A DNA stretch of 64,000 nucleotides from Zootoca vivipara. Lineage: Eukaryota. Of the stretch, positions 36,201 through 48,106 are shown piece by piece. The stretch covers positions 56,854,001 to 56,918,000 of the forward strand of contig NC_083281.1 in the NCBI RefSeq assembly GCF_963506605.1, written 5' to 3'. The notes below the pieces were generated by a model that was not told the DNA's origin, ran no database searches, and saw only the letters and a list, made by a program, of their open reading frames with translations. Position 1 is the stretch's first letter, and each line of letters opens with the position of its first letter. Position numbers and translations under genes: made by a program.

Positions 36201-39200
36201 CGCAGTTGGCCTGATCCAGCTGCACCCAGGCTCTTGAACCTCCCTCCTGCCGGCCCAAAGGGTATGACTGTGTGTTTGTCCCTCCAGTTGTGGCAGGAGG
36301 GACTTTCCTCCACTGGCAGGAGTTGGAGCAGAGGAGTTGCACAGCCCCCTTTCCCATGCCAGTGGCCCTTGGGAGGTGTCCCATGTGGCACATCCCTTAC
36401 CGACACGCAGGAGCTCTGGTGACTCGTGGGGCACCTCCCAGAACATGAGGCTGACAAGGGCGGAGCAGAGGAGGAGGCAGAAGCAGCAGGAGAGGCCCTG
36501 GACCCGCGTGACGGGCCGCCCATGGCCTGTCCGGGTCAGCAGCACTGTCAGCACTGTGTGCTCCTCCCGAAGACCGCTCAGGGTCCTTTGCCGGAAGATG
36601 GGCCTGCAGGGAGAGCAGTGGGTGGGTGGGTAGGAGCAGGACCCAAGGCCAGGCTATGGGAGAGCCAGAGGAGGAAGACAGCTAGAGTCTCTAGCTCTGC
36701 CTGGGAGGAGGCGGTTCGGGGACCCCTGCTAAGTTCATGCACAGTGGGCAGGTGGGGGCTGAGGACACCCAAACAGACTCCCCCGTCTCTTGGTAAGCCT
36801 ACCAGAATGCTGTTGGCTGGTGCTGTGGAGCTGCCAGGAAATGCTTGGCAGTGCTGTGTGGGGCCCCTGCTGCTGGGACGAGCCATGGCTGGCAAGAGAA
36901 ATGGAACCTCCTATTTTGCTGCAGGTCTCGCACTGTGATGTGGGCGATATGCCTGAGGGAAGGGGATGGGTAGTGAGTGCCAGGCAGGAGGCTGGTGCTC
37001 CTAGTGCCCCACTTGGAAGAAAGTCCTGCCAGGCAGAGGCAAGAGGCTTCCCTGCTGGATGAGTGCCAGGTGTGCTGACCCCCCTCGCCCCGCCTCTTCT
37101 CGGATGCCTGAGGATGGGCACCCTGACACAATAACCACCTCTGAATAACCCATTCAGAGAGAGGGAGAATTATGGCATGTTCAGCAGAGGCAGCCTGGCA
37201 CCCCAGAGCCAAGCCATGGGAGGTGGGCAGTGTCCTCATGCTGGCACAATGTCTCCAGGTGGGATGTCACCCTCCCACCCTACTTCTGGGCAGACTGACC
37301 AGGGCAGCTGTGGGGCGGAGTGGGGCTCCTGCCACAACCAAATGCTCTGGAGCTCTCCCAGTGGGTATGGCTCCCGTAGGAGGAAGAGGCTGGCATTCAG
37401 GGGCAGGCGCCGAGACTTGCTGACACCAGACGATCCCTGGAGGCAGATGCAGACCTGCTGGAGATGAAAGGGCTGGGTGAGCTCTAGGGCAAAGACCAGG
37501 CACCCCACTCCACCCCCTCTATCACTCAGGGCAGGCCACTCACACAGGGGCTGCCTCCGGGGGCCTTCTGCTGCCCATGCAGGAAGATCTGGAGCAGGTA
37601 GCCATACTGGGCACAGGGATCATCATCGGACAGGAGGGCTGGCCCTGCCTGGGAGAGGAAGAGGGGTGTGAGGGGTGGTGTTTCTAAGGTCATGCTCTGC
37701 CACGGAGCAGCGCAGGAGAGCAGAGAGTGCTGAGGCCCCATACATACAGTTGTCCTTCCCACTTGGCCCCAGTGAAGACCAGAATAAGGGGGTCTCTTTT
37801 GCTGGTGAAGAGATGTGCAAACCTTAAATCCACATGGAACATTTCGTTAGACAGAACAGAGTTAGCTGCATCTCACTCAGCTGTATGTTTATAGAGAGCA
37901 AAATGCAGTCATAGCAAACAAGAAGCCTTCCCCCCCCAACCCCCAGCCAGCCACCCCCCTTTGGGGTGGGGGGTGAGGAGATCAGAGTCCTTTTCTCTCC
38001 ACATGGCGTGGGAGGGCAGCTGGAGACCCTCCAAGAGTTCAGTCTCCAAATGGTGGCTGTTGCTGCGTGGCCTGCCCTTCTGGGAGCATCACCACCTAAG
38101 AGCTGCCCAGGGCATGTCTTGTGCAGGAGCCTGTGAGTTTGTGCTGCTTGCTGCCAGCGCCCCCTTACCTCTGCCCCTCTCACCCTCCAGCAACTTACCT
38201 GGAGCAGGGGGCGTGTGTCCAACCAGCGGGCCCAGGCCACCCCCACCAAGTAGAGGGCATAGACGACTCCGAGGGCCATGACCAGGACTGGATTCTTGTG
38301 CACCTGGCCAAAGTACTCTGCTGTGCGCACCACGTCCAGCTGGACTGGCGCCACCCAGAAGCTGCTGCCAAAGAAGGAGAGGTGGGTGCAGAGGCAGTGG
38401 CCTTCCGCCAGGCTGCTGCTCTCTCCTACCTGCAAACAGGGTGGGGATTAAGGGCACTTCTGGGCAGCATATTTCTCACAAAACAGAGATTCAGATGCTT
38501 TAAATAAGGAAGCAGGCAGTCTGGTCTTGAAATGGGATAGAAGTGTTTTTAAGGACCAGAAGCGACTGTTCTGATTCTTCCCTGCCTCCGGCAGTAGGGG
38601 GCGCAAGGTACCCGGATTCCCTTTGTTTCTTGAACGCCAAGACTCACTTTGCAGCCTGCCTCTCGCCACTGGGCATCAGGCAGGTGCCGGGAGATGCACT
38701 GGATCCCATAGGTGCTGACATGTAAGGTGGCAGGACCCTGGCTGGCAGAGAGGTTCAGTGGCACCACCAGGAACTGAAGGGTTCCTCTCAGGTCACGAAG
38801 AACTTCCTCCTTCACTAGCCAAGTGTAGCCATCTGCAGGAGATGGGGGCGGGGGGGCAGCACAAAAGGGAAATCATTTTAGGAAGAGGTCCTCACACGCC
38901 CCAGGCTGGAAGTGGAAGCAGAAGCCAGCTTTTCTGTCCCCTTGCTGTACCCAGGCCGACGTTGGGCTCAATGGGCTCCCGGAGCTGCTCGCTCGGCTGC
39001 AGGAAGAGCTCTAGAGGCCCCACAGGGTCTAGGTGAGCATGGATCATCAGGGATCCCCCTGTCCACGTCACGTTCACAGTCAGAAGGAGGGCCTCCCCCG
39101 GAGAGAGGAAAGCAGCTGGCTCGGCAGGGGCTGTAGGCACAACCCGGGGCAGGAAAATCTGGGATGGGAAAAGAGAGCAGGATGTCACTGGGTGCTACTG

Positions 39201-42200
39201 CACCACCACAGTGAGATGAGCAGCTGCCTCAGGCTCTCACCCTGAGCAGAGGCAGCCTCACTGATGGAGGTGAACTGCAGCAGGAGAGAGGGAAGGATGA
39301 TGACAGGAGACCAGACCCTGTAGGCTCTCCCAGGCTAAACAGCTGGCCTACCTGGTGGCTAATCCAGCTTATCTCCACATCATGAGATCCTGCCTTGAGA
39401 AAGGATCCTGGAGGACTGTCCTTGGCCTTTGGAGATGCTCACCAGCCCACCCCATTACAGGGAGGAAGGCTCCACTCCCCCAAAGTCTCTAGGCAGGACA
39501 TACCTGGACAGGGGTGCTCAGGTTGCTAACGCTGATCTGGCTGCCCTCCGAAAGGAGGTTCAGTTCAGCTACAGCTCCTGTGACCCCTTGCCCAGAGCTC
39601 AGGGGAAAGGGGCTGCCCAGGAAGCTCACCATCTAAAGAGAGAGGGAGAGAAGAAAAAAGGGCAGCGCCACTGCTGAGGAGGCCTGCCCCACCTGCCATG
39701 CCTGCTTGGCCACATGGCCACATTTGGCAGGATGGCTGGGCGCTCCTCCCCGCCTCCTCACGCTCTGCTCCCCATTTTTGGAAACATGGCTGCTTACTGT
39801 TGGAAGCACTGGGTAGGTAGATTGGGTAGGGCCAAGTCAGGGGGTCTTGGTTGCAGGGGTGTTGGCAAGGGGGGTGTCATGAAATGTTTGGAGTCCAACC
39901 CAGAAGCATGAGGTTCCAGAAGAGGGAGGGAGGGAAGATGCCTCTGGGTGCATCGTCAGGCTGATCTGAAGGAGCCAAGTCACTTCTGAGTGCTGGGCCC
40001 CCATGCATTCCACAGCACAGCAAGGGACACCTTGGCTGGGCTCTCTCTGCCCTTCTTCCTCCTCCTCCTGGGGTAGCAGCAGATGGCAGAGGAAAGTTTC
40101 CCTTTCATGGAAAGGGAAGGCCCCAGTGCCCAGTCCAAAGGAGAGGGCCAGCCACACACTCCTGCTCCCTCTGACCTGCACATCCACTGGGATATCCTGT
40201 GGCATGACGGCGCCCAGCGCAGACTGCTCTGGCAAAATGACTCTGGCTGCCCATGGCTTGCCAGGGAAGGAGAACGCCATATTGCCCAGCCTGGAAGAGT
40301 TCACCCTGAGCCAGGGAGACAATGAGAGTTAGGGTTAGAACCAGGGCACAGCAGATGGTGCCTGGGATCAGGGTGCCCCAGGAGAGTTGCCAATCTGCAG
40401 AGCAGCCAGGCAAATGTGAGCCAGCTGCTATGATGAGGCAAGGACAGATGGCTACCTCATGGCCTTTTCTCTTGGACACTTCCTGCCAAGATCTTTCTCC
40501 CTTCCCTTCCCAGGCCAGTCAAGCTTCCTACCTTCTCCGTCACCCTGTGGCTGCAAGCCTGGTAGCTTACCTGTGTGTATAGATGCTGATGAGAGGCGTC
40601 TCCATGGTGATGGCATCACTGCTGCCCCCTAGTTCCTGAAGAGCTTGCTCCAGCTTGTGAAGGATCTGCATCAGGGGGCCAGTCAGGGCCTCATGCTGCT
40701 GGAGGGAGAAGTGGGCAGTTACTGGGGACTCAATCTCCATCCAAGATGGGGCACTATGGGATGAAGGGACCCGTGCACCTAACCTGTCCTTCCCCATCAG
40801 GGCACCCTGGAGTATGGCATTTCCTCACCTGGATGTTGACATTGGGTGAGCAGGGGCCCAGAATGACCTGCAGGAGCCGGCTGGTGCCGTGGACTGCCAG
40901 GAGGCTGAGGAGGTGCCAGTGTGGAGAGGCTGGAGGCCTCCTTTTCAGCAGGTCTTCACTGACAGCCTGAAGAAACCCCACCTCCTCTTCCTGGCAATCA
41001 AAGGCATATGATGTTAATGGATTGCTCAAGAGTAGACCCTCAGCACTAATGGGGGTCCCTCAACTCCTTCCATGAGATGTTCCCTATCACCTCTCTTGGA
41101 GGAAAGAGCTTCTCAGGACTTGGCCTGACTTCAGGTTCCCCATGGGAGCTACACAGCTCAGTCCCTTCTGGGGCATCCGCTCTCCCCATGGGCCCAACCA
41201 TACCAGCTCAGAGGCACTCCAGGCACCATTGTTCACTGGGAGTGTCAGTCGCTGGAGCAGCTCCTGCAAGCAGAATCAGGAGTTTGGGCTCAAATGCTGG
41301 CAGGCAAAGACAGACCACTGAATAAGGGTTTCCCAGCCTACATAAGGTCTGTGCTAACCACCAGAAGAGAGGTTGGCTGTCTTGAGCCAGAGGAAGGTTG
41401 CTGGCTCTGCTGTGAGCCTCAATGGGGCTGGGCTGAAGGGGGTCCCCTCCCCAGATACTCCCAGTGGGGCTTTTTTACCTGCTGCCAGGTCCTGGGAACA
41501 ACATCCTGCAAGGCCTCCCAGATTGCTGATGTCTCTGGAGGCAAAAGGAGAAGTATTAGCGAGAGTCTTTTCTCCCCTCAGGGCCCCCCTACCCAGAAAC
41601 AGGCATTTTGGCCTCCATAAACACAAACTCTCCTTGCGGTGGGCCTGTCTCAACAACAAGCTGCTTCCTTTCAGGGAAAAGCCACTGCCCTGACCGGCAA
41701 AAGAATCAGCCTCATGACAAGGGATCCGTTGGCTACTAGTTATATTCCCGGTTTTACATTATTACAGTTGCTTATTTTCATCCTGAGCATTGCTTCAGGC
41801 CCTTTCCATTGAAGAGGTAGAACATGGTAATAAAAGTTAATCTGAAATAAAACTTGTTAAAAACAATCAGTCACGGGTGCCTTGCCCCTTGGGCACAGCT
41901 TAAACAAATGCCATTGGTAAATGTTGGAGTTGTAACTCAGTACAGGCAGATTGAAAGCATATCTTTTGGTTTTGCTGACATCTGCAATCTTTTTGAAAAA
42001 AATGGTCTACGGTATGTGAAATTAGATAAGATACCCCTTTCAGCCCCACAAATATTATTTTAGGGCATTTAAAGGGTCTGTTAAAACGAGCAGAATGACC
42101 CAAGATGATCAGCCTCTCACAATTGCTTATAATTGCAGATGACCTACACTTCAATACATTAATTCAGAAATCACTAAATCCCCACATCACCTGGGTACTT

Positions 42201-43567
42201 CTGCTTATCACCCAGATGCCGCCGCATGAGCCTTTGTGGCCTCCGCCCCATGGAGGTCAGATCCTGGTGGCAAACAGAGAAAAAAGAGTGGGACAGAACA
42301 GTGCCACGGTGCCGGGTAGGATATGTCACCCAATAGGCTTTCTTGGAAGGGGCAGGGTAAAGGGTTCCCTGTTAGGAGCTTGCCCAGGAATCATGCCCAG
42401 AGGAATTGTCTGGAGGGTGGCTAAGAGGTAGCACACAGGCTGTTTTTATTGCCCCCCCTCCTCTGCCTTGGTGCATCCACTGGAGTTTGGTTTCAGGCAG
42501 CAGGAGGGAAAGCCTATTTGCTTTGGACTTGGAGGGAAGAGAACTGGCCACCATCACCTACCAGCTGAGACTTCTGTTTTTGCCAAGGCCTGGAGCTGTT
42601 GGCACTCCTGGCCACTTTGCTTGGGCATTCACCTCCCTCCACAGGACCTGCAAAAAGGACCATCCTGAAAGGGAGCCCTTCCTGGGTCAGGAGGAGCAAT
42701 CTCTGTCCTCAGGGGTTGGGTGTCACAGTCCCACCCTGGCAGCCCAGCTGGTCTCTCACCAAATTCACAGATGAAAGGATGCCTCTGGCGGCATGTGGGC
42801 CCGGTGGCCTCCTGCAGCAGACCCAGGTTGGAGAGGAAGGTGCAGGTGGGGGGCTGATGGTGAGCCCCATGCAGATGAGGCTGGGCTCCTGGGGAAGACA
42901 CAAGAGGCCGTCATGGGCATGGTGGCAAGCTGGGCAGGACAAGGTGAGGGGCTTGCCCCCTTGTAAGATCTGACCACAGTAGGCAAAGCCCTTGACAGAG
43001 CAGATGAAAATAAGCAGAATTCTCCACTACAAGCAGAATTCTCTGCAGCACAGTGCCCCCACCTCCACACCCTGCCCCTCAATGTGGCTCCCCAAATCCC
43101 AGCCTTTAACCACAGCCAAGTCAGCTGTGTAAAGGGATGGGGACTCCCAGACCTGGCCTTTGTGAGAGAAACCAGGACGCACCCTTCACCCTCTGGAGTA
43201 GAAACCACGCCCCACCTCTGCCCAGCCCTCTCTGGTGCCCCCACAGGACTGACTTACCTGCCACCACAGGCTTGGTAGGGCCCTTGGAGACCCACCAGCC
43301 CCCAGAGGACCCCCTCATCTGCCCCCTCCTCCTTCTCAGAGCACCCCACGTCCCTGTCTCCTCACAAGGGACCTGTGCCAAGTACCCTCCCCATCGTCCG
43401 CAGGCAGCCTGGGCATCCTCAAAGGCTAGTCTTTCCTGGGCAAGCTGGTAGCAATGTCCCTGGTGCTCCCTTGGCACAGCCTCAGGCGTGGTGACAGTCA
43501 CAGCAGTCCTGCACAGGGCCCAGAGCAGCAGGGCTAAGCCAGGAGCTGCCTGTGGTCTCAGCGCCAT
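32566..43567 (-). CDS. Second polycystin-1-like (PKD1L2/L3 family) paralog: signal peptide, C-type lectin, GAIN/GPS, degenerate PLAT, about 5 TM; no channel exons found; terminal exon unresolved (possibly ending near 32329)
   Basis: Exons include 43258-43567 (MALRPQAAPGLALLLWAL..CYQLAQERLAFEDAQAAC), 42760-42888 (CRQRHPFICEF), 38199-38429 (CLCTHLSFFG, 231 nt like the PKD1L3 GPS exon), 37544-37648, 37300-37454, ~36400-36603 (VTRVQGLSCCFCLL), 33720-33906 (LPWW..ALFVLQPLK), 32771-32853 and 32566-32686. Frames are open and splice phases compatible. Confidence 0.85.
33180..33248. repeat. (CTG)23 trinucleotide repeat, intronic in the PKD1L paralog
   Basis: Uninterrupted CTG run. Confidence 0.95.
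34580..35528. mobile_element. Solo LTR with nested MITE
   Basis: Termini TGTGGGA...TCCCATA and a perfect 5-bp TSD AGTGC. It shares motifs (CTAACAATGCATA, TGAAGGGGTTAA, GTAAGTAAA) with 50671-51296. Confidence 0.75.
34760..35080. mobile_element. Tc1/mariner-type MITE (same family as 11660-11980)
   Basis: TIRs CAGTCATACTTCGGTTTAAG/CTTAAACCGAGGTACCACTG with TA TSD. Confidence 0.85.
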
Positions 43568-44764
43568 CTCAGTCTGGCAGGATAGGCAAGATGGTCCCAG
43601 CAGGGCTCTGCTTGCTCCTCTGGCTGGAAGCCCACATGAAATACAGGAGAAGGAAGAAGCCAAGCCCTCCCGGTGTCTCTGTTTGCCCATGGAAATCAAG
43701 GGGGCAGCTGGGCAGCTTCCACAAACACTGGGCAGGGAAATTTGACTCTAGGAGGAAAAGGAGGATGGCAAAGCTTGTGGGCCGAGATTGCGGTGGGGAG
43801 GGCACACAGGAATAGCTCACATCTGCAGTCTTTTTGGAAATAGGTTCCAGTGAAATTTGACATTTTTTTTGCCATCTTAAACAGAGTGTGAACACAATCA
43901 CCAGAGAAAGCTTCTCTACTTTATTCTCTCTTTAAAATTATGTATACCAGCCTTGCCCAAGCCAGTACCCTTTGGACTACCACTCCCCTAGTCCCCAGCT
44001 GGCACAACCTTGTAATACTAGAGCTGATGGGAGTTGTACTCCAAAGCATCTGGGAGAGGGCTGATGTATGTCCAATGTGACTTTGGAGTCCCGGGCAGTT
44101 TTGCATTATTGCACGTTGTTTCCCTTTAAAAATATAGTCCAAACACACAACAGCCTTTCTGGGGAGAAACTGCTGCTTTCAGCCTCATATACTGAATGTG
44201 CTTCTTTGATCACAGTGGTTAGATAGCAACACTTCTGCTGTAGAAATCTGAGTGAAATTCAAGATCTCCACCAGCACACAGGAACATTATCTTTTGAATG
44301 CTTTAAATTCCTGTTTTTAACAGTCTCCTATTGTTTGACTTTAATTTTAATTAACCACTTAGATGTTTTATTACAATCGAGTGGCATGTGGGTTTTGTTA
44401 AATAATCAAAGTTACCCTAAAAAAGTATGTTTTCCTATCGATTAGTATAAAATAATGTCCTCCAAAATGTTATGAGGTCGATCTGATACAAATTGCTCCT
44501 GCTTCTCTCACTATGCTGCCATGTTCTTCTCCTCCTCACTCCCAGGTTTATTGCTCTCGCATTGGCTCCCCAGTCTCACATTTGCAGGAAGGGAAGGCTA
44601 GGAAGGCATCTGGCTGGGGAAGTGTGGTTTGCAAAACAACAGAACCTGTGACAACAACAGGCTGGAGCTGGAGGCAGGTAAATTTTTTTGACTGTGCTCA
44701 CCTTGCTTTTTGTAAACAAGGTTTTTATCCCCCCCCCCTTCAAAAACCTGGCAAACCTGTTACA

Positions 44765-44872
44765 GGTAGGTAGCCGTGTTGGTCTGCCGTAGTCGAAACA
44801 GAATAAAAAAATTCCTTCCAGTAGCACCTTAGAGACTTAGTTCATCTCTAAAGTGCTACTGGAAGGAATTTT
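44765..44872. mobile_element. Penelope-like terminal remnant (collapsed inverted pair)
   Basis: GTAGGTAGCCGTGTTGGTC...TTCCTTCCAGTAGCACCTTAGAGA / TCTCTAAAGTGCTACTGGAAGGAA. Confidence 0.6.
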
Positions 44873-45503
44873 ATTACTGTATTTTGTGTGGCAAACCTGG
44901 TCAACCAGAGACAAGAGTAGAAGGAAATAATTGAGTACAAACACCATTAATGGTTCAAAATGGCAGGGTTAATAATAATAATAATAACCTTTCTCCAGAA
45001 TGAGACCACTTCCAGGCTGTTACTGTTTTGTGTGTGGGATTCAATACATTCCTGGCAAATTCAGGTGGTGCAGTTCAAGTGGATTGGGCCCTCTTACACA
45101 AGAAAGCTGCTTTCAAATAAAAAGGGATTTTTTTTTCAGTAAGGAAAGTGCTGGGGCAATGCCTTGGAGAGTGTGGTATTTAAAAAAATGCTTGATAAGG
45201 TATCATACAACCTCCCACAAACAAATCAGGAAGAATGCTCAATAAACAGGTTGTCTGCCGAAATCAACCTGTTGCTGTTCCTTCCTCTCAATTAGTTATT
45301 CTCCATCCTCTCCGAGTTCTTGAAAACTGAGGCCCTTTGTAAACTGGGCAATTTGTTTTAATTTTTGAGATACAAGTTTTCTGATATACCACATTTGCAC
45401 AAAAGAGTGGTGTGTTTTTTTAAAAAAAGTGAGTGTGTTGCCTCAGGCCCATGGAGGCAGTTTGCCAATGGAAGTACTGTACAGGACTTAGTAACAGAGG
45501 GTG

Positions 45504-45687
45504 CAGTGGTACCTCGGTTTATGAACACAATTCCGGAAGTCTGTTCATAAACTGAAGCGTTCATAAACTGAAGCAAACTTTCCCATTGAAAGTAATGGAA
45601 AGTGGATTAATCCGTTCCAGATGGGTCCACGGCGTTCATAAACCGAAAATTCGTAAACCAAGGTGTTCATAAACCGAGGCTCCACTG
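45504..45687. mobile_element. Short Tc1/mariner-type MITE
   Basis: TIRs CAGTGGTACCTCGGTTTATGAAC/GTTCATAAACCGAGGCTCCACTG. Confidence 0.8.
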
Positions 45688-48067
45688 TATTAATAGAAGG
45701 CATCCAGCAAAATATCACCACAGTTTTTTTATATAATAAAAAAACTCGTCCACACAATGTTGACTGTTTCCCCCCTTACGGAATTTTCTTTATATCCTTG
45801 TTTACTGCATTATGTGTATATTGGGGAACTCCAAATTAAAGCAGCTGTGGGTATAATGCAGGCTGCCATTTGGATGAGGACAATGTTTGGATGCATTGAA
45901 TCCACATTAAGCTGCTTTGTGTACATAGCCCACGAGAGGGTGCTGAAGAGCAGGACTAGGAACCGGGTGATGATTCCTCTCTTGGCAGTCCAGCAAAGGT
46001 TTGAGGGTAACCCATTTAGCCTTGGCTCTGGCCAACAGATGAATGGCATCATGGTTGGTTTCCCCCCACTTGAATCTAGTCTGGTGATAGGTATGAAGGG
46101 AGTAATGGCCAGAGACCTGCTTGGGTAGAGTGTATTGCTACAAAACAGGCATTATTATTATTATTATCATTTGACTGATGTTTTAATGTATTTTTTAATA
46201 TTTTGTTGGAAGTCAGCTCACGGATGGGGAAGTGTGCCCTCCAGATTTTTAATATTTATTTCAAGTTTTTATGTTCTGCTCTTCACTAAAATAATCCCAG
46301 AGCAGGGTGTAGCAAAATACTGACTCAAAATTACAATAAAAAGATTAAAACATCATCAACAACAATACAAGTTACATCATGGATCCAGCCCATTTCTTCA
46401 TCGTGAGAACAGGATGCTTGACTGTTCACATACTGGAGGTTGCTGTTGGGCTGTTGTTCGGCACAACTAACAGACCTTTCAAAAAGTATTTGGGGAAACT
46501 TGTCGCATTGTTATGCTTCCAAAAGGTTGTAATGAAAGTGGAACAGCCATTTAAACATGGTGAAACATCTCACGTGTAGGACTCTTTCACCTTGGGCACC
46601 AGAACGGGTTTGTTAAACTGGTTTTATTACGTGAATCATGTACACTATCCTTGGCCAGGGCTGATACCCTCAGGTAACAGAGCACATGGGTGGAACACCA
46701 ATAAATTACCTGTTCTGCATTTAAAATAAACACCTGCTGTCACCCGCTTAAAGAGAGCCTAACTGTACTCTTACTACACAAGCAAAATATCCATTTAAAA
46801 TTCAATGTGAGCTCTGCATTTCCATCACCTTATGGAGTTCCAGAAATAGCTTGCTTGCGACATTGTCATATCTAGTCCTGTTGGAAAAGTGTAAATGTGT
46901 GGGTTATTATTATTATTATTAAATGTGCAATTGCAAATCATGAAAGCTTCAAATTCTGCAGTTGGGAATTACTTTTTAATTAATGTTTGAAAGTTTGTTG
47001 TATTTCCCTTTCCGGGGGCTGCATGTTCTGTTTGCAGATAACAAAGATAGCAGAGGTGTTGCCTTCCTTCCTTTATGCTATAAAATCTTTGGGATCCAGG
47101 TGGCACTGTGGAAGGGTGGGGTACCGAGAGGGGTAAATGCCCACCAACAGAATTGCTTGCCCACCATGTGTTAATTAGAAAGACAGTGTGTGAAAAAGCC
47201 TTGTTTCTACTCCAGAAGATGGTCATCTGCCAGACCAAGCTCACCCTCTGAGAGTTCCACTTGCCTCTTTTTTTGCCCACCCTGCTGTCTGAGGCAGCTG
47301 CTTCGCTCTGCCCCAATTGCACAACCTAATTCTCATCACTTATAAATTTATCTGTGTCAAGATGAGCTCTTGTACTACAGAATTTACCATTCTATCACTA
47401 TCTATCAAGCTAAAGGAGGCACATTATTACCAGTTCATGTTATGCAGAAAAAGAGTTGGGAGAGAGCAGCTATAGCTATTGGCAACAAAAAAGGTGCTGG
47501 ATCCAGACAGCTGTAAGAGCAGGCCCATTGAACTCAATGGGACATACTGGATCCAACAACTTTGACAAGATGCCAGCTGTTGCTTGTAATAACTTCTGCA
47601 GTAGGAATGGAGTGAATGGAGGAATGGAGCGAAAAGACAACTTCCCTTCTTTTTAAACAATGTGTCTCATTCTAAGTGTTGTTTATTTGTGTGTCAAGCA
47701 TGCTCCTCTCCCCACTGTTTTATAATTTTCCATTTGGCAGCCTCTGGTATAAGTATGTGTTTTTCCTCATTATTCCTCCAGTGAGCTATGGAATGGGGAG
47801 TTTCAGTTGAGGCCCAAGAGAGATCTGTAGAATTCCCTCCCACTTCATACTGTATTATTTGACAGCCGCTGAGGGAAAGGGGTAGGAGGAAGACAACAGT
47901 GGTGGGGTGGTGGTGGGGTCCATCTTGGGTCTTATCAGGCTAGTCAGGAACGAGTAAGTCACACACATCCCAAGCCTTTATTTCCCATGACTACCAACTA
48001 GGAGTTGGGTGGAAACTCTGTTCTCATAAAGGCAGTGGCATTCTCAGAAAAAAATATCATTTCTATC

Positions 48068-48106
48068 TTTCTTTTCTTTTCTTTTCTTTTCTTTTCTTTT
48101 CTTTTC
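48068..48106. repeat. (TTTTC)n microsatellite
   Basis: Read directly from the sequence. Confidence 0.9.
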
